DNA of 62,848 bases, counting the filler. It is 4 parts of 4 records of this genome, joined end to end, with 100 filler letters (N's around TTAATTAATTAA, not from the genome) between each part and the next. Parts side by side here need not be neighbours in the genome. Positions count along the whole stretch, not along the records: positions 1 to 29,741 come from SRR20825006_2409; 3 more parts are not named here. The stretch is one strand, 5' to 3'. This document shows positions 9,965-20,056 of the stretch, one piece after another (the stretch's first letter is position 1; the number at the start of each line of letters is the position of its first letter). The notes beneath the pieces are model-generated. The model saw nothing but the letters and a program-made list of their open reading frames with translations, searched no databases and was not told the DNA's origin. The position numbers were made by a program, and so were the translations under genes.

Positions 9965-10291
9965 TGTCACGGGCATTCTTCCTTTTTCTAGTGCAGCTTT
10001 CTGAAAAGGCGGCTCCGGCATTTCCGCAAAACTGCAAGGTTCTGTTACTCAGAAGCTTTTAAGCAAATTAAAAGAAACAAGAAAAGCCTTTCGCTGCAAG
10101 CCTCGCGGGCATCAGGTCTTTTCAAGACCTTTGGCTTTAGTCTATACCAGCGTCGACAGAAAATTTCGATTGTCTGAAACACAGTTTTCAAACGCTTTTC
10201 TTCAAGCCCGTAAGGCAATCTTGCAGAGCAGAAGTTACGCCTGAAACTGTCGTAGACGTCAACGTGGTGGCAAGCGCAAAAGGGGCTTTCC

Positions 10292-11689
10292 GTGGATTAC
10301 ATCTCAACGCGGGGCGATGCTCCGGTCCTGAATTTTTCCGACGCACTTCTCGCGGGTCTTGCCACAGATGGTGGCCTTTACCTGCCGCGCGAATGGCCGG
10401 TAATGACAGAATCCGACATCAAGGCTCTGCGTGGAAAGTCCTATCAGGAAATCGCATTTGTTATTTTGAAGCCTTTTGTTGGCGGCGAGATTGCCGATGA
10501 ACGTCTGCGGCAAATGATAGACGAAGCCTATGCCACCTTTCGGCACGAAGCCGTAACGCCGATTGTGCAGACCGGTGCAAACCGCTTCATGCTGGAGCTG
10601 TTTCACGGCTCTACGCTCGCCTTCAAGGATGTGGCGATGCAGCTTCTTGCCCGCCTGATGGACCACGTTCTGGCCGAGCGCAATCAGCGCGCAACCATCG
10701 TTGGCGCGACATCGGGGGACACCGGTGGTGCAGCCATTGATGCCTTTGCCGCCAGCAACCGCACTGACATGTTCATTCTGTTTCCCCATGGCAAAGTCTC
10801 ACCTGTCCAGCAGCGGCAGATGACGACGGTCGGCGCAGCCAATGTTCATGCGCTGGCGATTGAGGGGCATTTCGATGACTGCCAGAACCTCGTGAAAGCC
10901 ATGTTCGCGGACACGACATTCCGCAACGAGGTGAAACTCTCCGGCGTCAACTCGATCAACTGGGCGCGGATCATGGCGCAGGTGGTTTATTATTTCACCT
11001 CTGCAATTTCATTGGGCGCACCGGATCGCGAAATCGACTTTACCGTACCAACCGGAAATTTCGGTGATATTTTCGCAGGCTTTGTTGCGAAAAAGATGGG
11101 CCTGCCGATCGACCGACTGGTAATTGCCACCAACGAAAACGATATTCTCGCCCGTACGCTTGAGACCGGGCGCTATGAGATGCGCGGCGTCCAGGCAACG
11201 ACGTCACCTTCAATGGATATCCAGATCTCGTCCAACTTCGAACGGCTTTTATTTGAGGTCAGCGGCCGCGACAGCGATTATGTGCGCCGTGCCATGGCAA
11301 GCCTGAAGCAATCCGGTGCGTTCGATATCGGAGAGGAAGCGCTTTCTGTCATCCGGGATTGCTTTGTCGCCGGACGAGCAGACGAAGACGCCGTGTCTGC
11401 TGAAATCGCGCTGACGCTTGAAGAAACCGGGCTTTTGATTGATCCACACACAGCTGTCGGACAATCCGTCGCCCGCCGCCACGAGCGCCTGGAAGCGCCA
11501 ATGGTCGTGCTTTCAACGGCACACCCGGCGAAGTTTCCGGCTGCGGTAAAATCGGCAAGCGGTATTGACCCGGCGCTTCCGGCATGGCTTGCTGACCTGA
11601 TGGACAAGGAGGAGCAATTCAGCGTCCTGTCCCCCGACCTCGATACGCTTGAGGCTTATATTCGTGCCAAGCGCGGGCCGGAGAGCTGA
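10292..11689 (+). CDS. thrC: Threonine synthase
   Basis: YISTRG, GLATDGGLY, ELFHGSTLAFKD (PLP lysine), ATSGDTG, NSINWAR, VPTGNFG, DPHTA, TAHPAKF; GTG start. Confidence 0.97.
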   Translation: MDYISTRGDAPVLNFSDALLAGLATDGGLYLPREWPVMTESDIKALRGKSYQEIAFVILKPFVGGEIADERLRQMIDEAYATFRHEAVTPIVQTGANRFMLELFHGSTLAFKDVAMQLLARLMDHVLAERNQRATIVGATSGDTGGAAIDAFAASNRTDMFILFPHGKVSPVQQRQMTTVGAANVHALAIEGHFDDCQNLVKAMFADTTFRNEVKLSGVNSINWARIMAQVVYYFTSAISLGAPDREIDFTVPTGNFGDIFAGFVAKKMGLPIDRLVIATNENDILARTLETGRYEMRGVQATTSPSMDIQISSNFERLLFEVSGRDSDYVRRAMASLKQSGAFDIGEEALSVIRDCFVAGRADEDAVSAEIALTLEETGLLIDPHTAVGQSVARRHERLEAPMVVLSTAHPAKFPAAVKSASGIDPALPAWLADLMDKEEQFSVLSPDLDTLEAYIRAKRGPES

Positions 11690-11712
11690 TAAAAAGACGA
11701 AAGCAGGAACGC

Positions 11713-13008
11713 ATGACCGTAGAGTTCACCCGGCTTGGCTCCGGGCTTACCGTTGTCACCCAGAACATGCCGCACATCGAAAGTGTGGCCATGGGAACAT
11801 GGATCAAATCGGGCGCGCGCAACGAGTTGGAAAACGAACACGGTATCGCTCACCTTCTCGAACATATGGCGTTCAAGGGAACAGTCCGGCGCTCAGCCCG
11901 CCAGATCGCTGAGGAAATCGAGAATGTGGGCGGAGAGGTCAACGCCGCAACATCAACCGAGACGACTTCTTATTATGCCCGTGTTCTGAAAGATCATCTG
12001 CCGCTTGCTGTGGATATTCTCGCTGACATCCTCACCAATTCCCAGTTCGATGAAGAAGAGCTGGCTCGCGAAAAAAACGTGATCATGCAGGAAATCGGCG
12101 CTGCCAATGATATTCCGGATGACGTCGTTTTCGACAATTTTGCTGGTGCTGCCTACCGTGATCAAACCATCGGACGCCCGATCCTCGGCACGCCGGAAAC
12201 GGTGATGGCTTTTACGCCAAACGATATCCGCCGCTATCTTGCACGCAATTATACCACCGACCGCATTTTCATTGTTGCGACCGGCGCAGTCGATCACGAT
12301 GCGTTCGTGAAAATGATCGAGGAAAAGTTCGCAGCCCTGCCGCAACAACCGGAGGCAATGCCGCTGATGGAATCAGCGGATTATACAGGCGGCGAGATGC
12401 GCGAAACCCGCACATTGTCCGATGCGCAGGTCATTCTTGGCTTCGAAGGTCCGGCCTACCATGCGCAGGACTTCTATTGTTCGCAAATTCTCGCTAACGT
12501 GCTGGGCGGCGGCATGTCATCGCGGCTGTTTCAACAGGTTCGTGAAGTGCGTGGTCTTTGCTATTCTGTCTATTCGTTTCACTGGGGCTTTTCGGATTCC
12601 GGTGTCTTTGCCGTCCACGCGGCAACCGGCGGTGAACAGCTTCCTGAATTGATCCCGGTCGTAATTGACGAACTGCACCGTGCAGCCGACAAGGTCGAAC
12701 CGCTGGAAATTGACCGCGCCCGCGCTCAGATCCGTGCCCAGCTCCTGATGGGCCAGGAAAGCGCAGCCGCACGCGCCGGGCAGATCGCGCGTCAGATCAT
12801 GCTTTGGGGCCGCCCTATCCCGAATGAAGAAATGATGATGCGAATAGAGAACATCACGCCAAGGCGGCTTACCGACCTTGCCGGACGCACTTTCTATGAC
12901 ACGATGCCGACGCTTTCGGCCATCGGCCCGCTGGAACAATTATCACCGCTGGAAGACATTATCGAGAACCTTTCCTTTCACGAACACAAGGCTATAAAGG
13001 CATTGTAG
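11713..13008 (+). CDS. M16B (pitrilysin/MPP-like) zinc peptidase
   Basis: HLLEH inverted zincin motif, NAATS, LGGGMSSRLFQQVRE. Confidence 0.95.
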   Translation: MTVEFTRLGSGLTVVTQNMPHIESVAMGTWIKSGARNELENEHGIAHLLEHMAFKGTVRRSARQIAEEIENVGGEVNAATSTETTSYYARVLKDHLPLAVDILADILTNSQFDEEELAREKNVIMQEIGAANDIPDDVVFDNFAGAAYRDQTIGRPILGTPETVMAFTPNDIRRYLARNYTTDRIFIVATGAVDHDAFVKMIEEKFAALPQQPEAMPLMESADYTGGEMRETRTLSDAQVILGFEGPAYHAQDFYCSQILANVLGGGMSSRLFQQVREVRGLCYSVYSFHWGFSDSGVFAVHAATGGEQLPELIPVVIDELHRAADKVEPLEIDRARAQIRAQLLMGQESAAARAGQIARQIMLWGRPIPNEEMMMRIENITPRRLTDLAGRTFYDTMPTLSAIGPLEQLSPLEDIIENLSFHEHKAIKAL

Positions 13009-13024
13009 TTTCCGCAACGCGCGT

Positions 13025-13690
13025 TTGTCTTTCCGGCCCGTTGCGGCTGTCGGAAAGACCTTGTGTGAGATAGTGGAGGCAAAGCCGGTGCTCACTGTTT
13101 TGTCCACGCCCGGTGTGATCAGGCGCCGGCGCTTCGTTCTCGAATCAGACGACCACCGGCTTCGTCTGCCACGAATGTCTGATTTTGAAAGCTGGCGGGC
13201 GCTGAGGACCAAAGGCCGCTCCTTCCTGCAACCATGGGAGCCGATCTGGAGCGTGCAGGATATGACCCAGGCCGCCTTTAAAAAACGTGTGGCCCGCCTC
13301 AATCGCGACTTCGATTCCGGCACGAGTATCCAGTTATTTATTTTTCTCCGTAACCCCGACCAGCTTGTCGGTGGCATAACCATCGGGCTCATAAGGCGTG
13401 GCGTGGCGCAAATGTGTATGCTCGGTTACTGGATGGGCGAAGAATATGCCGGAAAAGGCCATATGTTCGCCGCACTTAGGCTGGTTATTCCATTCGTCTT
13501 CGATGAGTTGAGCTTGCACCGTATTGAAGCGGCCTGTATCCCTTCGAATGATCGCAGCGCTTCGCTGTTGAGAAAGGCCGGTTTCACGCAGGAGGGTCTG
13601 TTGCGCAAATATCTTCGGATAAACGGGGTCTGGCAGGATCATTACCTCTTTTCTCTGCTGCGCGAAGATTACGAAGCCATCACAAACTGA
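13025..13690 (+). CDS. RimJ/RimL-family GNAT acetyltransferase (start uncertain)
   Basis: FLQPWEP, LGYWMG..YAGKG.M, LHRIEAAC.P.N.RS, GFTQEG, YLRING.WQDH. Confidence 0.9.
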   Translation: MSFRPVAAVGKTLCEIVEAKPVLTVLSTPGVIRRRRFVLESDDHRLRLPRMSDFESWRALRTKGRSFLQPWEPIWSVQDMTQAAFKKRVARLNRDFDSGTSIQLFIFLRNPDQLVGGITIGLIRRGVAQMCMLGYWMGEEYAGKGHMFAALRLVIPFVFDELSLHRIEAACIPSNDRSASLLRKAGFTQEGLLRKYLRINGVWQDHYLFSLLREDYEAITN

Positions 13691-13693
13691 AAG

Positions 13694-16600
13694 TTGACAA
13701 TGCGCCCAAGCCGCCTGCCCGCCCTGATTGCCAGAACTGCACTGTTGCCGTTTCTTCTGATTGTGATGATGCTCGCCGCTGCTTTGCCAGCCTTTGCGCT
13801 TGAGCCGGTTGAAGTTTCGCGTGACGATGTTGCCATCGACCTGACCAGAAATGTCGAAATCCATGAAGATCAGGGGAACGCTTTTCAGGTCTCCACGATC
13901 CCGGACGAAAATGGTATACGCCGCCGCATTGAGGTCCGTGCGACCGATAGCAACGGACCGGGGGACTGGGCTGTCTTCTCACTGGCGAATATTTCCGACG
14001 AACAGCTGGAACGCTTGATCGTGGCCCCGCATTTTCGTCTCCCCGGATCGGGACTGTTCTGGCCGGATCTCGGCTCGGCCCGCATCGCGGCAATCACACC
14101 CAGCGAGGGATTCGCACTCACGCGGGAGAAGAGCAGTGAAGCCGATGTCTTCTCGATCACGCTTAATCCCGGCGCAGTCGTTACCTTCGTTGCCGAGCTG
14201 GAAAGCCCCACCCTGCCCCAGCTCTACCTCTGGCAGCCGGACGCTTATAAAGACACCGAAAACGCTTTCACACTTTATCACGGGGTTGTTCTCGGTATTG
14301 CCGGACTGCTGGCCGTCTTTCTGACAATTCTGTTCGTGGTCAAAGGTACATCTGTACTTCCTGCCACAGCCATGCTGGCCTGGTCGGTTCTTCTCTACAT
14401 CGCGATTGATTTTGGCTTCCTGAACATGCTGATACCGCTTTCGGCGGGTGACCTTCGTATCTGGCGGGCGAGTGCCGATGTTGCCATCGCGTTCAGTCTT
14501 GTGGTGTTTCTGTTTACATATCTCAGCCTGTCACGCTGGCACGTTCATCTGGGCTACGGTGCGGCGGCCTGGGGCCTGATCCTGATGGCGCTTTTCGGTG
14601 TCGCTATTTTCGATCCACCCGCTGCGGCAGGCATCGCGCGCTTGTCCGGCGCACTGACCATCGCCGCCGGTGTCGTTCTGATTCTCTATCTCAGCTTCCG
14701 CCGCTATGATCGCGCCATTTTGCTGATGCCAGCCTGGGCACTGATCACCGCGTGGCTGTTTGCGGGCTGGATGACAGTAACGGGACGGATCGACAACGAC
14801 ATCGTGCAGCCTGCTCTCGATGGTGGCCTTGTATTGATGGTACTCCTGCTTGGTTTCACGGTGATCCAGCATTCATTTGCCAGTGGTGGCTACCAGACGG
14901 GAATCTTTTCTGATCTGGAGCGGCAGGCTCTTGCATTGCTCGGCGCTGATGGAACTGTCTGGGACTGGGATGTCAGCCGCGATCGGATCATAACCGAACC
15001 GGACTTTTCGCCGAATCTTGGCTTTGACGGTGGCACACTGAACGGTCCGGCCCGTTCTTGGCTGAATTACCTGCATCCCGGTGATCGCGACCGCTTCCGC
15101 TCCACGCTGGATCTGTTTCTGGACTGGAAACGCGGAAAGCTCAAAATGGAATTCAGGATACGCGCCAATGACGGGCACTATCACTGGATGCTGATCAAAG
15201 CGCGCCCGGTATTGAGCACCGATGGCGAAGTCATTCGCTGTGTCGGAACCCTGACGGATATGACCGACCGCAAGGTGAGTACTCAGAGGCTTTTGCAGGA
15301 TGCGGTTATCGACAATCTGACGGGACTGCCCAACCGCACCATTTTTATAGACCGGCTGCAATCTCTGATCGGCGTATCCAAAACAGCAGCCGGGCTTCGC
15401 CCGACGCTGATCATCGCCGATATCGACCGCTATGCCGAGATCAACAAGACTCTTGGATTTGCAGCGGGTGACAATATTCTGATCGCGCTGACTCGTCGCA
15501 TACAGCGATTGTTACGCCCTGAAGATACGCTTTCAAGGATTTCCGGAAACAGTTTCGCCATCATCCTCCTGTCACAGACAGACCCGGAGGACATTGCTGA
15601 ATTTACCGAAGCACTTGCTGCCGCCATCGCTGTTCCGGTGAGCTTTGACAATCGAGAGATCATCCTGACGGCCTCCATAGGCATTGCCTCATGGCATGAC
15701 GAGCAGGAAACAGCAGAAGCCCTGATTGAAGATGCGCGGCTTGCGATGCACCGTGCCAAACGCGCCGGTGGGGATGCCGTCGAAACCTACAGGCCATCCT
15801 TCCGGATGCTTCTGGATGAGCGGGAGCAGGTTCAGGCAGATCTTGCCCGCGCGATTGATCGCAAGGAGATGTCGGTTCTCTACCGGCCTGTTGTCAGCGT
15901 AAACGGGCTCTCACTTGCCGGTTTCCAGTGCCTCCTGAGCTGGAAGCATCCGCAGCGTGGCGAAATCAGTTCAGCCGAAATTTTCGAAATGAGCGAGGAA
16001 AATGGCTCGGCACCGGAACTGGTTCTCTACACGGTCAAACAAGCGACCAGAGATCTTTCGGCCTGGCAAGCGGCAATTCCGAAAGCCAAACCGTTTGTCA
16101 TGATTGAACTGTCCTGCAGCGAGATGCTTCGCACAAGCACACTGATCGAGCTGGAAAATATCGTCCGCCAATCGGCGATTGCACCGCGGCAGATCGTATT
16201 TGCAATTCCGGAGAATGTCGCTCTTGAAGCACCCGAACAGGCGCGGCTTGCGCTACAGCATCTGCGTTCCATCGGTACCGGCGTTTCGCTGGCCCGGTTT
16301 GGTGACGGCCACGGTTCGGTGACATTGCTGAATCGCTTCCATTTCGATTCTGCCTATATCGATATCTCACTTTTCAGGCAGCACCAGGAAGAGCAGGCTG
16401 ACCTGATGCGAACATTCGCGGCACTGGCCGACAAACTCGGCGTTGATATCGGGGTCAGCAACGTGACGAGCGAAACGGAAACCACGCTTCTGGCTCAGTC
16501 GGGATGCCGTTTTGCAACCGGCCCGCTTTACGGCGCATCGGCTGATGCAGCATCGGTCCAGAAATGGCTGCGTGAGGATATCGGGCGTGAAAAAAACTGA
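13694..16600 (+). CDS. Membrane sensor with extracytoplasmic domain, 7TM region, PAS, and degenerate GGDEF and EAL domains
   Basis: Signal peptide, about 7 hydrophobic segments, PAS (WDWD, HPGDR), DNLTGLPNR, SGNSF at the GGDEF position, FQCLL at the EAL position. Confidence 0.88.
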   Translation: MTMRPSRLPALIARTALLPFLLIVMMLAAALPAFALEPVEVSRDDVAIDLTRNVEIHEDQGNAFQVSTIPDENGIRRRIEVRATDSNGPGDWAVFSLANISDEQLERLIVAPHFRLPGSGLFWPDLGSARIAAITPSEGFALTREKSSEADVFSITLNPGAVVTFVAELESPTLPQLYLWQPDAYKDTENAFTLYHGVVLGIAGLLAVFLTILFVVKGTSVLPATAMLAWSVLLYIAIDFGFLNMLIPLSAGDLRIWRASADVAIAFSLVVFLFTYLSLSRWHVHLGYGAAAWGLILMALFGVAIFDPPAAAGIARLSGALTIAAGVVLILYLSFRRYDRAILLMPAWALITAWLFAGWMTVTGRIDNDIVQPALDGGLVLMVLLLGFTVIQHSFASGGYQTGIFSDLERQALALLGADGTVWDWDVSRDRIITEPDFSPNLGFDGGTLNGPARSWLNYLHPGDRDRFRSTLDLFLDWKRGKLKMEFRIRANDGHYHWMLIKARPVLSTDGEVIRCVGTLTDMTDRKVSTQRLLQDAVIDNLTGLPNRTIFIDRLQSLIGVSKTAAGLRPTLIIADIDRYAEINKTLGFAAGDNILIALTRRIQRLLRPEDTLSRISGNSFAIILLSQTDPEDIAEFTEALAAAIAVPVSFDNREIILTASIGIASWHDEQETAEALIEDARLAMHRAKRAGGDAVETYRPSFRMLLDEREQVQADLARAIDRKEMSVLYRPVVSVNGLSLAGFQCLLSWKHPQRGEISSAEIFEMSEENGSAPELVLYTVKQATRDLSAWQAAIPKAKPFVMIELSCSEMLRTSTLIELENIVRQSAIAPRQIVFAIPENVALEAPEQARLALQHLRSIGTGVSLARFGDGHGSVTLLNRFHFDSAYIDISLFRQHQEEQADLMRTFAALADKLGVDIGVSNVTSETETTLLAQSGCRFATGPLYGASADAASVQKWLREDIGREKN

Positions 16601-16680
16601 CACATATGCCGATGATGCTTTCGGATCGACCTTGCTTGTGTGGTAGAAAACGCCCAAAGATCGAAGCCAGTTAACGTCCT

Positions 16681-17730
16681 CTAGCGATCACGGCCGGTCA
16701 AAAGCGTCAGCATGAAGTCCACTTTCGTAATGATCTGCTGCGTCAGCACGAAGGGATAAAAATCACGTTGTCCCATGCTGCGATGAATGGCGTTCATGGC
16801 CAGTGTCAACGGCACCCAGGAATCGGCAAGATGCTGCGCACTGGTGCAACGATAAGGATCGCCGAGCGGACTGTTTTCATTGCCGTCCACAGAAAAACCA
16901 AAGGCACGGGCGGTTTCAAGCGTATCTACCATATGGAGCGTATGAGCAAACGTTTCAGCGAAATCCTCCCATGGATGGGTCGAGGCATAGGCGCTGACGA
17001 AATTCTCCGACCAGCCGGGGGCCGGACCATTTTGATAGTGGCGATCCAATGCCTCGCCATAGTCTTCGCGATCATCGCCGAAAACGGCGCGGCAGGCATC
17101 CAGGCACCCCGAGTCCCGCACCAGAAGATTCCAGATATAGTGTCCGGCCTCATGCCGGAAATGACCAAGCAATGTACGATAGGGTTCGTTCATCTCGGTG
17201 CGGGCAATCTCCCGCGTGACATCATCGGCCTCAGCGGCTCTTAGCGCGATGACACCTTCCTGGTGACCTGTCATCGCAGGTTTGACAGTGCCATCTGATT
17301 CAATGTCATCGTCAAGAAAATCAAAGACAAGGCCGCCTTGCGGCATTTCGGCAAGCGTTGGCACAGAAATCCGCCACCTGAGCAGAGAATAGAAGAAATG
17401 CCGCTCGGCTGCGCCGATCCGCTTGAAGCGCTCCTGCCCCTTTACAGTCGATATGTCGGGAACAAGCCGGTTGTGGCGACAGGCCGGGCAAAAATCATCC
17501 TCACTGTCAGACGGCAGCAACCAGTTGCAGCCCTGCGGTTCGGCATTGGCGCAAAACCGGAACAGGCGGCTGGCATCATCGGCCTTTCGCCAAATCGGAT
17601 CGCCACCGGGTTTGAGCGCGTACATAGAGACCGAACCCGGATCGAAACCAAGACGGTGACCGCATGAAACGCAAGTACCGTTTTCAAAATAAACACTTTG
17701 ACCGCAATGGTCGCATTCGAAAATCTTCAT
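16681..17730 (-). CDS. Zinc-ribbon plus putative zinc metallopeptidase (DUF2248-like)
   Basis: CxxC pairs at the N-terminus, TGHQEG, EPYRTLLGHFRHEAGHY (HExxH), YASTHPWEDFAETFAH; start at MKIFEC (17730). Confidence 0.85.
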   Translation of the reverse strand: MKIFECDHCGQSVYFENGTCVSCGHRLGFDPGSVSMYALKPGGDPIWRKADDASRLFRFCANAEPQGCNWLLPSDSEDDFCPACRHNRLVPDISTVKGQERFKRIGAAERHFFYSLLRWRISVPTLAEMPQGGLVFDFLDDDIESDGTVKPAMTGHQEGVIALRAAEADDVTREIARTEMNEPYRTLLGHFRHEAGHYIWNLLVRDSGCLDACRAVFGDDREDYGEALDRHYQNGPAPGWSENFVSAYASTHPWEDFAETFAHTLHMVDTLETARAFGFSVDGNENSPLGDPYRCTSAQHLADSWVPLTLAMNAIHRSMGQRDFYPFVLTQQIITKVDFMLTLLTGRDR

Positions 17731-17808
17731 ATCGACCTCTGCAAAACCGAAAAACACCCCAAGGCGACGCACGCATCGTCAGGGGCGCGGAAAACAAGGA
17801 AATCTGAT

Positions 17809-18411
17809 TCAGGCGTGACCGACATTCGACGACAGAGACAGCGGCTGAACGCCCATCGTCAGCAACGCACGCTCATATTTGCTATCCAGTTCACGATCAA
17901 AGACAAGTTCATCGCGCGCCGGACATGTCAACCAGTCATTGTTCAGAACTTCTGCCTCAAGCTGACCGGGAGCCCAACCGGCATACCCCAGAAGCAGAAT
18001 CGCCTTGCCGGGGCCGTCACCGGCAGCCACCGACTTCAAAACATCAAGCGTACCGGTCATATAAAGATCGTCGTTGATCGGCATAGAGGCTTCTCCGGCA
18101 TAGTCATCGGAGTGCAGAACAAAACCGCGACCAGGCTCCACCGGACCACCGCACAGAACCTGAAAATCGGTCAGAGACGGAGCGAGCAACGCATCGGTAT
18201 CCTCACCAAGCAGTTTCAATTGCTGCAGCACTTCGGGAAAAGTGACCTGCTGCGCGCGGTTAATGACAAACCCCATCGCACCTTCATCTGAATGAGCACA
18301 GACATAGACGACACTGCGCTCGAAGTTACTGTCTGCCAGTTGCGGCATGGCGATCAGAAACTGGCCGTCAAAGGAGCCGCGTTCGCGATCAGCTTTGAAG
18401 TTTTCCAGCAT
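17809..18411 (-). CDS. YqgE/AlgH family protein
   Basis: FLIAMP, FERSVVY, GAMGFVIN, GGPV, GFVLHS, LGYAGW..GQLE.E..NDWL, C-terminal GHA. Confidence 0.95.
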   Translation of the reverse strand: MLENFKADRERGSFDGQFLIAMPQLADSNFERSVVYVCAHSDEGAMGFVINRAQQVTFPEVLQQLKLLGEDTDALLAPSLTDFQVLCGGPVEPGRGFVLHSDDYAGEASMPINDDLYMTGTLDVLKSVAAGDGPGKAILLLGYAGWAPGQLEAEVLNNDWLTCPARDELVFDRELDSKYERALLTMGVQPLSLSSNVGHA

Positions 18412-18565
18412 ATCGGCCTCCCTTGCAAATTGGCATCAAATGTTTGGCAACAGCATCACCCATAAATGAAGATGGGGCAAGCTCACGCGACATTCAACTC
18501 AATTTGTCTCACTCAAAGGCTCAAAGATATAGCCTGATCGACAAGCGTGGAGTAGAAATCCGGTT

Positions 18566-19399
18566 ATGAGAAAATTTGCCCACACACTTTGCCTGGCCGT
18601 TTCACTGGCTATATCGAGTGCCGCTCTCTCCGGCCCCTCTGTCGCCGCAACCACCGGCTGGGTGGAGGATAATGGCGGGCGCATGCGCCTGGTGATCACG
18701 CCCCCGGACGATACCGGCAGGCTCCGCGCAGCCCTTCAGGTGGAACCTGCCCCCGGTTTCATCACCTATTGGCGCGAGCCGGGGGAAAGCGGAATCCCAC
18801 CACAGGTCAGTATTTCCGGCGCTGATGATGTTCGACTGGTCAGCATGGCCTACCCAACACCAAAACGCATGAAAATCGCAGGTGGGCATGACATGGGCTA
18901 TGACGGCCCTGTCACCTTTCCACTGACGTTTCAGGTGAAGGGAGAGAAACTGCCTGATATGGATATCTCGGCCTTTATTGGCCTGTGCAAAGACATTTGT
19001 ATTCCGTTTCAGGCATCATTTCACATTCCTTCCAGTCCCGAAGCTTACGCAGCCAGCCCGGTCGACAATGCCCTCCTGGCTGTGGCTGAAACCACGCTTC
19101 CGGAAGAACCATCTGCCGATTTTGATGTTAACCGGGCAAGCCTGACAGAAAACGGCATAGCTCTTGAGTTGACACTGCCGAAGGGAAACAATCCGCCGGA
19201 AATTATCATCGCCAGTTCGAAAGGCTTTGTGGTTGCTGCACCGGAAGGACAATGGCAAGGGGACAGTTATAACATCATCATCCCGGCAACCGATATTCCC
19301 AAGGCAGCACAGAGCGAAAATGCCAGGTGGCTGCTTCTGGCAAAATCCAATGGTCGCGCCATGGAAACATCACTTGTTTTTAACACTCGTCAAAACTAG
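18566..19399 (+). CDS. DsbD N-terminal-like (DsbC domain) periplasmic protein
   Basis: Signal peptide, TYWREPGESGIPP, GLCKDICIP; precedes the peroxiredoxin. Confidence 0.85.
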   Translation: MRKFAHTLCLAVSLAISSAALSGPSVAATTGWVEDNGGRMRLVITPPDDTGRLRAALQVEPAPGFITYWREPGESGIPPQVSISGADDVRLVSMAYPTPKRMKIAGGHDMGYDGPVTFPLTFQVKGEKLPDMDISAFIGLCKDICIPFQASFHIPSSPEAYAASPVDNALLAVAETTLPEEPSADFDVNRASLTENGIALELTLPKGNNPPEIIIASSKGFVVAAPEGQWQGDSYNIIIPATDIPKAAQSENARWLLLAKSNGRAMETSLVFNTRQN

Positions 19400-19440
19400 A
19401 TTTCTAACAGACCTTTCAATCTCACGAGAAGGATTATAAA

Positions 19441-19926
19441 ATGCCGATTGCCAAGGGAGAAACCCTGCCGACTGTCGATTTTATGGAGTTGACGGAGAAC
19501 GGGCCGGAAAAACTCGCCAGCGAAGACTTCTTCAAAGGCAAGCGCGTCGTGTTGTTTGCTGTACCGGGCGCTTTCACCCCCACCTGCTCGATCAACCATC
19601 TTCCGACATACTTGGAAAACCGCGATGCAATCCTGTCGCGCAACGTTGATGAAATCGCGGTCATCGCAGTCAACGATCCGTTCGTCATGGGCGGCTGGGC
19701 AAAGGTAACCGGCGGTGAAGGCAAAATCCGTTATCTCTCGGACCCATCTGCCGAATTCACCAAGGCTGTCGGCATGGAACTTGATCTTTCCGGCGCCGGT
19801 CTCGGTACCCGCTCGGTTCGTTATTCGATGCTGGTTGACGATGGCGTCGTCAAGGAACTGAATATCGAAGACGATTCCAGTCAGGCAACGGTTTCAGCCG
19901 CTGCAACGATCCTCGGCCAGCTTTAA
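19441..19926 (+). CDS. Peroxiredoxin (Prx5/type II)
   Basis: VPGAFTPTCS peroxidatic motif, VNDPFVM, RSVRYSM. Confidence 0.95.
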   Translation: MPIAKGETLPTVDFMELTENGPEKLASEDFFKGKRVVLFAVPGAFTPTCSINHLPTYLENRDAILSRNVDEIAVIAVNDPFVMGGWAKVTGGEGKIRYLSDPSAEFTKAVGMELDLSGAGLGTRSVRYSMLVDDGVVKELNIEDDSSQATVSAAATILGQL

Positions 19927-19941
19927 GACAGAGCCAAAGCT

Positions 19942-19988
19942 AAAAAAGGGGACCGGCAAAGCAGCATTTGCTTTCCGGTCCCTTTTTA
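19942..19988. terminator. Bidirectional intrinsic terminator between prx and sodC
   Basis: A-run, GGGACCGG..AAAGCA / TGCTTT..CCGGTCCC stem, T-run. Confidence 0.85.
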
Positions 19989-20056
19989 TGCCTGGTTGAC
20001 TTCAAAGCGCCAGCATCTCCAAGCCGGAACCTTGTCAGGCTGTGAAAGTGAAAAAG

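Noticed and set aside
10022..10291. Long thrC upstream region as a possible attenuator or riboswitch; hairpin AGGTCTT-TTC-AAGACCT at 10114-10130
   Set aside because: No Thr/Ile-rich leader peptide or recognisable riboswitch motif found; an Rfam/Infernal scan would be needed to say more.
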